A stretch of 64,000 nt of DNA from Macrostomum hystrix (taxonomy: Eukaryota; Animalia; Platyhelminthes): assembly GCA_950097015.1 (NCBI GenBank), contig CATNEN010000041.1, positions 3,286,001 through 3,350,000 on the forward strand, in the 5' to 3' direction. This document shows positions 50,322-60,099 of this stretch, piece after piece. Made by a program: the position numbers and the translations under genes. The notes below the pieces were generated by a model. That model made no database searches. It saw nothing but the letters and a program-made list of their open reading frames with translations, and was not told the origin of the DNA. Each line of letters starts with the position of its first letter. The first letter of the stretch is position 1.

Positions 50322-51020
50322 TTCTGGGGCCAATTCTAGAATATCTGAGATCAAGTATCCAGCATCCGGGATGATCTTAACTGTTCGATCCATTCTGGGG
50401 CCAATTCTAGAATATCTGAGATCAAGTATCCAGCATCCTGGATGATCTTAACTGTTCGATCCATTCTGGGGCCAATTCTAGAATATCTGAGATCAGGTAT
50501 CCAGCATCCGGGATGATCTTAACTGTTCGATCCATTCTGGGGCCAATTCTAGAATATCTGAGATCAAGTATCCAGCATCCAGGATGATCTTAACTGTTCG
50601 ATCCATTCTGGGGCCAATTCTAGAATATCTGAGATCAAGTATCCAGCATCCTGGATGATCTTAACTGTTCGATCCATTCTGGGGGTAATTCTAGAATATC
50701 TGAGATCAAGTATCCAGCATCCAGGATGATCTTAACTGTTCGATCCATTCTGGGAGCAATTCTAGAATATCTGAGATCAAGTATCCAGCATCCTGGATGA
50801 TCTTAACTGTTCGATCCATTCTGGGGGTAATTCTAGAATATCTGAGATTAAGTATCCAGCATCCGGGATGATCTTAACTGTTCGATCCATTCTGGGGCCA
50901 ATTCTAGAATATCTGAGATTAAGTATCCAGCATCCGGGATGATCTTAACTGTTCGATCCATTCTGGGGGTAATTCTAGAATATCTGAGATCAAGTATCCA
51001 GCATCCGGGATGATCTTAAC
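50322..51020 (+). repeat. 71-bp tandem array (~10 copies)
   Basis: Unit ctggggccaattctagaatatctgagatcaagtatccagcatccgggatgatcttaactgttcgatccatt. Confidence 0.95.
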
Positions 51021-51778
51021 TTGAGTTCAGGTTTTTAAAGGGTTGACTCCGGAATTCCAGGCATTCGCTGGTAGACCCGGATGTTTCTAAACTACATGAA
51101 AGTCGATATTTTTTACTCGATCGATCCGTGGGAGGATATAATAATGTGGGTAGAAACTGCGTTTCCGTAATCGGTCTGTGAGTATCTTTGAAGCCAATCA
51201 TTTTTATGACAATAAGAAGTTTAAAATGTACTGAACTATTTTTCTGCCACTCAAATGTTGCTTTTTTAATGCAATTTTGAGAATATTTTAAATAATAATA
51301 GTAAGATAGACAAGTTCATGCTTGCTTCTGTCAGCGAACTATTCCAGCAGGACACGGGAGACCTGTGTACTATTATGTATTCCAAAAGCTTGTAAGGGGC
51401 AGGGAATAGTTCCTTAACTATAGTAACTTAATTAGATTCGGACTACTTGCTGATTAAAAATGTTTACTATTGATTCTGGCTCTGCGGCGAGCCATCTGAC
51501 GCTGCCTCCCTGACTTTTGGGGCTTGCGTCCTTTGTTGTTGTTGTTACTTTTGATTTGTTCGTTATTGAAATGAACAAAATTGACAATAAAGAATGAAAA
51601 GTTAGCACTTTGCAAAGCAGAAAAAGTTAGTAATTGTTTTTCTTTTAGTACGAGCTACGAGCGTGCAGGTATGGAAGATTTTATTCAAGTAGTCCATTGT
51701 AAAATAGTATTTCCGAAGTATATTTTATTTAAATTATTTGATAGTAAAAATCTTCAAAGCTTCCACAACCCCCGACTT

Positions 51779-54346
51779 TTACCAGAGATCTGGCACCAGC
51801 TCCAGATCATCACATAATGGCGAGGGTGATGGAGACAGAGACGCTAAAGGCGACATCGGTGACTGCAGCTTGAGAGTCGGCATTGACGTCAAATCGGGCT
51901 GCTGTGTGACCCCATCTACGCAGTCCACGCCATCATTGTTGACAAGTTCATCCGCGCAGCGCCCAAGAAGGCCAACTAGCCGAGGAAGAAGATCTTCATC
52001 TTCCCCTGAAACTGCAGGACGCAGGCGGCAGTCGCGACGTCGCTGATGGTCGTGTACCAGCAGCTCTGCTGAAGCACCTTCTGACTCTACAACATCATTG
52101 GTCGCTGAAATCGCAGAACGAAGCTGTGGTTGCTGGACGACCAGAACAGGCAGAAAATCACGTCTTTGTTTGTAGAGAGCAAGCTGGCAGCCCTCTGGAT
52201 CTACACGGCACCAGAGGCCCACCCACCGACCTGAGAGCCATGCAGTGACGTGTCCTGTCAGGCTTTCTGGGTTCGCGTCAAGATCACGTACACTGCGGAA
52301 GCGAGCCAGCAGCTGACGGTGTCTGTCCGAAGTAAACACAGTAGGATCAGCTCCAGCTGCCGCGAGGCAGAAAAAGCAGCAACGCAGAGGTCGGTCGCCG
52401 CCCCAACTGGTGCGGACCTGGTAGTCGGTGCAGTCGGAGCAGAAAGCGCCGCCACAAACGCGACAGGAGAGGCGACGTCGCTGCAGCAAGCGATAGGCGG
52501 CACCACAGCCCTGACACCGCGACGCCTTGTCTAGAGGCGTCATTACGGGTCGTCCAGTGCGTCCTGCGGCTCGTTCCCATGGTAGCAGCCGATCATCACC
52601 ATCGGCTGGGGAGTCTATGAAGGGCACTCCTAGGCGTCTTAGCTCCATAGCCCAATCGCGGCATTCCCGCACCCCATCGCTGACACTGTCGGAAATGACG
52701 CTTCCAATAGCACCTACTTCCTCTTCGGCAGCGTTATTACGGATGCCGAACTCTAGATGTAGACGAGCGTCGCTGTCGGTGTCCATACGCAGTTGACGAC
52801 CCTCGCATCCAATCACTCGAAGCTCGCCGGGAACTGGCAGAGACCTCTTAGCGGTCCAGGTTTCCTGCCGGAAGCGGCTAGGCGAGCAGATGAGCAGGGT
52901 GCGCCTGGAGAGCATTAAATAGCGCGGCTTGTCACCTTGCCAGGCGCGGCCGTGGCGAAGACAGCTGTGCGCAAATTCCTCCCAGTATGATGAAAGCGCA
53001 GCTGGAAAAGCCACGGAGCGTAGTAGCTGCAGCCTTTCCTGAAAGGCGGCGAAGTCGCGCAGACTCTTTTCCAGCTCACGCAGAGCCTCCAAGACAGTAT
53101 CGGCAGCGCGCAGAGCGCTGGAATAATCGGAGTGTCCGGCGCCAATCTCGGCCACGTATCGATCCAGCAGCATCGGATAGCGCATCGGTCTCTGCACCGG
53201 TTCCAGGAGCAGGGCCCGCAGGTCCAGCTGCATCTCCATAGGCTCCGTGCACTTCTGTCGGAGCTGGGCAAATTCTCGCCTGAATGCTTCGTCCGTCATC
53301 CAGCCGCGAACCGTGGCCGTTGTTTGGGGAAATGTCGAGTAGTACGTACTGTAGCTCTTGAGCTGGTGACCGTACTGACACATGAGCTTGCCAAGCTGCT
53401 GGTCGCTCTGCAACAAGTCGGCCAACAGCTGCTCATGTAGAAGCCGCATTCCTTGGAAGTGACCGAATACTCGCTTGAGATCTTCCAGGCCGCAGCAGGT
53501 GAGCCGTCTCTCTTGAACGGCAGTCCGCAATCCAGGGTAATACACATCAAATACCAGACTGAGTCGACGCACGTAGGTTCGCTCCGTGGCGACGAATTCC
53601 TCTAGGGCGCTGGCATAGTTAGAACTAGTTGCCTCGACAACGGCTTCATTAGGACCCTTCGACTCCCGCTGGACGCCCTCGCCGAGTGTCGCTCTGTCAA
53701 ATTGTAGCGCCTCGGTGTCGTCTGAGTCCTCAGCTTCCTCTGGTTCCTCATCCAATAGGTGGCTGTCCCCGTTGCTTGTGGCTGCGATCGGCGTGCTGTG
53801 TCGTGGCGGAGCCGGACTTCCATTGCAGTTGCAGCTAAGCCGGAGCCGCAGACGTCCCTGAGAGTCTCGGCTGAGCTGAGCCCGTACAACTTGTCCTGGC
53901 AAGATCTGCTGCTCCTGCTGTCTTTGGTCCTCTGGGCCGTAAATCAGAACCGCATCCTCGCAGCCGGGATCCCATGTAACAACCAGTCGGGACTTCCGAC
54001 GAAGAAAAGGAATTTAGGAAAAAAAGAGCGAACTTAGAGTTTTCGTGAACGAAAAGAAACAAATCGTACTTAAGAAAAGCCCATTTGAATGAATAAGTAC
54101 TAGTAAGTTGATCTCACTATTTAAGTGTAGAACTAACCTATGTTTTTATATTCTCTTAACTGTGCAAGTTCTCGCTCTGAAATTACGTATTCCTCTAATA
54201 GGGTTTAACTATTTGACCGAAGAATTCTGCTTGCTCTTCTACTCGTAAAAACAATTGGTTCTAAAAAAATTAATAACGCGGTTCTGGCTCACCGGTTCCA
54301 CAATTTCCAGGCTAAAATTGAGGCCAGAGAAATGTCCGTCTGTCAT
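51779..54346 (-). CDS. FGD-like RhoGEF (DH-PH-FYVE-PH), 2 exons, ~755 aa
   Basis: Exons 54346-54293 (MTDGHFSGLNFSLEIVEP, donor gtgagc) and 53992-51779. DH motifs ALEEFVATERTYVRRL and LLEPVQRPMRYPMLL; PH; FYVE CQGC..CRVCGGAFCSDC..CFFC; second PH. Confidence 0.85.
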
Positions 54347-55209
54347 CTTGGAGCTGACAGGTCTTCTGCTAAGATTCGTGCAGCTTAGCTGGCATATCGC
54401 TGCGCTTAATACCGCGTATCAAACCTTTTCAAATAAATGCGCCATGAAATAGTGAGAAGCGTTGCTCGCCGCGAGTGTACAGCACAGTGACGGCATAGCT
54501 GAGGCCGTACTGTACGTACAGTTCCATTGTCCTCCTAGAGTCTCAATGGAGCAACGGCCACTCACTCTGCAGTGTAGAAGCATCGTTTGCAGAGGCTTGA
54601 AATGGGTACGAACTACTCGGGTGAGTTGCATGCTGTCTGAGAGAGATTTTCACTAAGCAATCTCAGAGAAAATACTGCTGGACCAAAAAGGCTCGAGTGC
54701 TTTACTTGCATTAATCTATTTAAAAGCAGCGAGTCAGTCATCACTAAACGGGGACGTAACACTGATAAAATTTTGTGCCTCAATTACAATACAATTCTTT
54801 GTACAAGTATGTTTTCATGAGTAACACTAGTTATTTAATTGCATGGAAATTTCCTCCTCACATAAGGGCTATTCCACTGTGTGTTTACGAGCGTATGTAA
54901 CAGATTCAAAAAGACTAGGTAATATTTCAGGTGGTTTGTGGAATAGCCCACTTTAACTTGTGTCGACTGCTACAATGAACTTTTCCAGGGACAATTTCTT
55001 CCGGATTTTGAGCGTTCAGGTCGCAGCCCTCGAGCAGCCCTGCAAAGACTGACTGAAAGCAGCTCTGACTGAAAGAGTTCAGATGAGATTGATTGGTTGG
55101 AAGAGTTCAAAAGGGATTGATTAGCTGGAAGGGTTCAAAAGGGAGTGCTTCCTGCCTCCCGCCTACCAGTGGCACTCCGGCGCTTCCTCGCCAACGCCTG
55201 GCATGGGCC

Positions 55210-55890
55210 CCCAGTACCAAGGCTTCGTAGGCCTCGAACATCGAGCAGTGGCGGTGGTTCTGCGACCTCGAGCTAGGGGTTCGCCCACTAGCGGCATCGC
55301 TAGTGCAGCTGGCCGAGTACGTGCGGCGCCGGGCTGAGCGTGGCGTAGCACCTGGCAGCCTCGGTGGCCACTTGGCGGCCATCAGCTGAAGCTCCACACT
55401 GATCGACCTGGCTGTTAAGAGCGCCAACAAGCGGACGAGCAGCCACTCGGTCAGGCAGGGAGACCCAATCACCCCGGCGGTCATGCTCTCGCTAGCGAAC
55501 CAGGTTGACCTGAGAGATCCTGCGGATGCCGCATTCTGAACTGCCATGCTCTGCTGCTTTTGTGCACTGCATAGGAAAGCTTATGCGTGCGGACTTCACA
55601 CTATCCTGGCCAGCGACGCTCGGCCCGATGGTCTGTGCTTGACTCTGCATGGGTGCGCAGTCTAAGACGAACCAGAGCGGCCAAGACTACCAGGAGGCGG
55701 TCTTGTCGATACTCGGGGACCACCCGCTTTGTCCTATCCAGGTCTTGCTGCAGCATCACAAGGCCAACAAGCTGCGGTCAGTACCCGTGCGTACCCAGCC
55801 GTTCTGCGTAAGCACCACTGGAGACTGGCGCCGGTTGACGGGGCATCGATTCAGCCGTCGCCTTCGCACTATAGTGCTGGCAGATGCAGG
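55210..55890 (+). pseudogene. Decayed tyrosine recombinase of a DIRS/Ngaro- or Crypton-type element
   Basis: STKAS*..WRWFC..LAEYV..LAAI; DAAF*TAML..FCALHRK (catalytic R region); a frameshift; then SKTNQ..HPLCPIQVL..LTGHRFSRRLR..AG. Three in-frame stops; truncated before the HxxR/Y motifs. Confidence 0.75.
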
Positions 55891-56265
55891 CTGGGCAGTG
55901 TTAAACTTACATATGAGCTACAGATTGATAAGCCTGAACTCTTGCGGGATAAACCTCAAGGCGAAGACCAAGATCAGAGGCCGAAGGCCGAAGGCCTCTG
56001 ATCTTGGTCTGAGGCGTGGCTCATCTTGATTCACATACGAAAGTGAATCTGTGGTCTAATGTATTTGTGTAGATAGCAAAGCCCGGGGTTAGCACGAAAG
56101 CTAGAGCCGCAAACACTCTTAACGCGGTCCTCGCAAACAAACAGGTAGAACGAATTGTCTATGGGATATTTAGCTGCAACGGTCAAATACTAGTTTCTAT
56201 ATAATGAAAGTACAACACATATAAAAGTACAACACATCACCCCCTGATCTCCGGATCACAAGAGA

Positions 56266-59200
56266 TCAAGGTTCGTAACGGACCGGCGCCGACTTCACCC
56301 TATTAGACCGTCGTGGTTCGGCATCCCGCTCGACAGCTCGCTCCACCCCAGGAGGCTGCGGTTGCGTGTCTGGTGCCGGGCGGACGTCAGCTACGTGACG
56401 GGGAAGGCCATCGACCTCCACCGTAGACCCTTGTCCCTGGCCCGTCACGCGTCCCCTAGGCCACTCGTCGGTGCATCTGACGGCCGGCGGTTTAACAAAC
56501 ACTTCTGTTCCCACTGGCAGGGTGGGCGTGGGGCGTGGGTTTGCCTCCAAGGTCTCCAAGGCCTCAGGGAGAGACACAGTTGGCGGCTTCCAGTCATAGG
56601 TGCTGACCATTCTGCTGGGCACGCTGTCCTTGCGAGTGCCATCCTTTGGAGCCATGTTGTACCAGAACACCATTTCCAGTACGTCCTTTCCGGTTCTGGC
56701 TGCCATCCGCTTAATCGTCCGATGATTGCGCTCGACTATTCCGTTGCCTGACGGCCGGTGAGCGCAACGGAAGAGGAGCTGCACTCCCCAAGCCTCACAA
56801 AACGCACGGACCTCAGCGGAGCGGAAGGTCGGTGAATTGTCGAGAAGCAGCTGCCAGGGAGGGCCCCGCTCTCGGAACACCTGCACGAGTATCCCGGTAA
56901 TTGACGCTGTCTGCTCGTCGGTGAGTTTTCGCCACAGCGAGAATCTGCTCGGCCCGCAGTCAACAATGGACAGATAGCGGTCGTCCTTAAAGTGGGTCAC
57001 GTCGCAGGCCAAGCGCCACCAGTTTGCATCCACCTCGAGTCTGCCATGGTCCCAAACCATCGGCGCAGGGTCTACGGACTTGCATCGGATGCAGTTTGCA
57101 ACGATGCGCTCAACCTCTTCACGCAGTACCTCACGTTCAGGGAAGCACAGTTTGGCCAGGTAGAGCGTCCTGTCCACCCCGAAGTGGTGCTTCTCGTGGC
57201 ACGCACGGAGATCCATGTCAACGGGGCGCAGCGCCACTGCACAGAAGGGCCGCTGGCGCAGCCACTGTTGCGGTACTCGCGTCAGTGCGTCTGCCTTGTT
57301 TGCTGAAGATGGCACCAGCGATGTCAGTAGCTCGAGCTCGCACTCCGACGCCGTGTCTCGGATTAATGATAGCCGTTTCCGAACCAGAGCTTCACCGAGA
57401 CCTTTGACTCGCACGGGCTTATCGCCGACAATCAAAGACTGGAGCCAGCCGTGCACGGTTGCAGAATCAGTCAACACTTCAACTTTCCTCGTACCCCAAG
57501 CGAGGGCAAGGTTGATACCCTTGAGGACCGCCTCAAGTTCGGCAAGATTGATGTGCGCAGTGTCGTCTTGTTTTCGCAACCACGAGGCGTCCTCCACGAT
57601 TACGCCACCAATTTCGATGACGGCTCCAATGGCGATGCTGCTGGCGTCGCACCAGACGCGACAGCGCGAAGTCTCGTCAACGGTCCACACCCCAGCGACA
57701 GGATCTCGTTCCTGGACCATTTCGCTGATTTCTTGGGCGATCCGCATGGCAGACTCGCTGACGATAGCGTCCCACGCGATTGTGCTGGTGACCCGCTTCA
57801 AGTAGCTGCATGCGACACGCAGCCATGCGGCGACGGGGAAATGGCCTACTAGCTGGCCGCACCAGGAGAATAGTTGCCGTCGTGTTGCTGGACCTTTCAA
57901 CTGAGAGAGGACATTGTCTCGTTTCCAGCAAATGACCCCATCCTCTCGACGGTAGACGCGGAGGCCGAGCACGCGGCCCCCAATGAGGCTCTCAGGAGGC
58001 TTGGCTTCTAGCCCGAACCGGGCAAGCAACCCAGTTACGCGTTCATTCGGAATCTTGCTATTGTTCACAATAATGTCGTCAATGTAAGAGTCCGTGGCCT
58101 CACGCACGTCGTCTTCCATCGACAGGACTTTGTTCACAACCGCCGTCATAATTTTTGGCGCCACGTTGAGTCCGAATCCTAACCGGGTGAGACAGTAACG
58201 GCGGCCTTTGAACCTCACTACTTGGTAGCGCCAGAGACTGGGGTCCAATCGCAGTTGTAGGTAGGCCTTCCGCAGGTCGATGATACTCGCATTCTCACCG
58301 AGCCGCCGCCAGGCCCGGAGCTTGGCGCCGCACACGACGCTTTCGGCGGTGTGGCTTGACACGTACTGGTTCAACTCGCGATAGTCGAGTACAGGCCGCA
58401 CCTTTGCTTTGTTGGTCTGCACCACTGCCATCAGAGGGATGACGCCGTCACTGTCACCTTCGAACGGTAGCAGCCAACCTCGCTGAATCCAGTCTTTTAT
58501 CTCTGACTCATACTCGCCTACCGCCTCTGGTGGGACTCGGTATTGAGCTATCGTATTTGACAGTAGTGGGGCCTCATCCAGCCACTTCCATGCCACTGTC
58601 CACTCTCCATCGATAAACTTAGCAGAGAAGTCTTTTTCCTCAAGCACCAGGCACGCCTCGGTTAAAGTATTTTTCGCAAGCCTCGCTCCTCTTGCCGGAC
58701 AGCTCACAGGTGACTCGACCTCTCCTGCCGGACAGCTCACAGGTGACTCGACCTCTCCTGCCGGACAGCTCACAGGTGACTCGACCTCTCCTGTCGGACA
58801 GCTCACAGGTGACTCGACCTCTTCTGCCGGACAGCTCACAGGTGACTCGACCTCTCCTGCCGGACAGCTCACAGGTGACTCGACCTCTCCTGCCGGACAG
58901 CTCACAGGTGACTCGACCTCTCCTGCCGGACAGCTCACAGGTGACTCCGCCTTTGGTTTTGAGAAAGCCTTGGCTACCGCAGCAGTCTCCAGCGCTAATG
59001 ACTGCTCTTCAATACCGAAGCGGACACTGCGGCAATCTCGCTTCACAGAGACACCGCCCAATCGGCTGATAGCATCCATCCCAAGCAGCAAATCGAACCC
59101 AGGAAGGATGTCCATAACGATACATCGCAGCACTGGTAATTGGTGGCCTCGAACAGACAAAGCAACGTCAGCCTCCCATTCACATTCTGCTGAGTCACCA

Positions 59201-60099
59201 TTCATCATCGTGACCCTCTCGTGAACGGGACGTTTTTTAACTCCAGTAACTCGTGAAGAAACGATGGACCGCGAACAACCAGTATCTACTAAAGCAGTAA
59301 CGACCAAACTATTAACATGAACACTTAACGATGGTAGGTGCGCCGGTGCACAAGGAAGCCCGTTGACGCAAACATTCCGCGCTTCCATCACTCGTTTTTT
59401 TGAAAAATCGGCGCGCTGCGGGCATCGAGCAGCCACATGTCCCGCTTTTCCACAAACAAAACAACCTTGATTCGCTCGGTTGCGTTCCATGCACTCTTTG
59501 CTCACATGGCCCTCCTTGCCGCACGAGTAGCACGACATCACTTTGTTGCGTGGGGCGAACTTTCCAGCGCTTCGCGCATTTCCTGCGCTCGAGACAACAC
59601 AGCAGGACTCGCGACTGATCGTTAAGTTTCTAGCTTTCTCCGCTAGTTCATGGAGTTCGAGCTCTTTTAGAGAGCAGGAAGCGATCAGCTGCTGACTGAC
59701 GGTTGCTGGAAGCCCGCGGACGAATGCGCATTTGATCCATTCTTCCCCGGGGATCTCGTCCACTAGGCGTGCAAGCCTCGTGAGATCCGCGAGAAAAACG
59801 TCCACGGACTCCCCGGGGCCGAGCCTGCGTGACACGAACTCGTCGTATGCTTTGTACTTGTTTGGGCAGAACGCTGAGGTAAGAGCCGCTTTCAGAGTTT
59901 TGTAGTCCGACTTGCTTTCCTCGTTTAGTGCCTGGTACACGGCGAACGCACCTCCCGATAGAAATAGTGGGATGAAAGCAGCCAGGTCATTCACTTTTTG
60001 GAGCTTGGCAACGAGTTCGAGCTTCTGTGCCCAGCGCGAAAAATCCTCTTCACCGTCGTACTGCTTGATTATGTCGCTGAATTTGACTGCGCTTGCCAT
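56266..60099 (-). CDS. Gypsy Gag-Pol polyprotein (Gag with 2 CCHC, PR, RT, RNase H, IN), 1277 aa from the MASAVKF ATG
   Basis: CYSCGKEGHVSKEC and CFVCGKAGHVAARC; PR LVDTGC; RT IDLRKAYLQ..YIDD; RH WCDAS; IN HH..CC, LACD, LLLDN, GIVERNHR; order PR-RT-RH-IN. Confidence 0.95.
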   Translation of the reverse strand: MASAVKFSDIIKQYDGEEDFSRWAQKLELVAKLQKVNDLAAFIPLFLSGGAFAVYQALNEESKSDYKTLKAALTSAFCPNKYKAYDEFVSRRLGPGESVDVFLADLTRLARLVDEIPGEEWIKCAFVRGLPATVSQQLIASCSLKELELHELAEKARNLTISRESCCVVSSAGNARSAGKFAPRNKVMSCYSCGKEGHVSKECMERNRANQGCFVCGKAGHVAARCPQRADFSKKRVMEARNVCVNGLPCAPAHLPSLSVHVNSLVVTALVDTGCSRSIVSSRVTGVKKRPVHERVTMMNGDSAECEWEADVALSVRGHQLPVLRCIVMDILPGFDLLLGMDAISRLGGVSVKRDCRSVRFGIEEQSLALETAAVAKAFSKPKAESPVSCPAGEVESPVSCPAGEVESPVSCPAGEVESPVSCPAEEVESPVSCPTGEVESPVSCPAGEVESPVSCPAGEVESPVSCPARGARLAKNTLTEACLVLEEKDFSAKFIDGEWTVAWKWLDEAPLLSNTIAQYRVPPEAVGEYESEIKDWIQRGWLLPFEGDSDGVIPLMAVVQTNKAKVRPVLDYRELNQYVSSHTAESVVCGAKLRAWRRLGENASIIDLRKAYLQLRLDPSLWRYQVVRFKGRRYCLTRLGFGLNVAPKIMTAVVNKVLSMEDDVREATDSYIDDIIVNNSKIPNERVTGLLARFGLEAKPPESLIGGRVLGLRVYRREDGVICWKRDNVLSQLKGPATRRQLFSWCGQLVGHFPVAAWLRVACSYLKRVTSTIAWDAIVSESAMRIAQEISEMVQERDPVAGVWTVDETSRCRVWCDASSIAIGAVIEIGGVIVEDASWLRKQDDTAHINLAELEAVLKGINLALAWGTRKVEVLTDSATVHGWLQSLIVGDKPVRVKGLGEALVRKRLSLIRDTASECELELLTSLVPSSANKADALTRVPQQWLRQRPFCAVALRPVDMDLRACHEKHHFGVDRTLYLAKLCFPEREVLREEVERIVANCIRCKSVDPAPMVWDHGRLEVDANWWRLACDVTHFKDDRYLSIVDCGPSRFSLWRKLTDEQTASITGILVQVFRERGPPWQLLLDNSPTFRSAEVRAFCEAWGVQLLFRCAHRPSGNGIVERNHRTIKRMAARTGKDVLEMVFWYNMAPKDGTRKDSVPSRMVSTYDWKPPTVSLPEALETLEANPRPTPTLPVGTEVFVKPPAVRCTDEWPRGRVTGQGQGSTVEVDGLPRHVADVRPAPDTQPQPPGVERAVERDAEPRRSNRVKSAPVRYEP
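58692..58950 (-). repeat. 33-bp in-frame coding minisatellite (8 copies of ESPVSCPAGEV) within Gypsy pol
   Basis: Visible in both DNA and translation between PR and RT. Confidence 0.95.
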
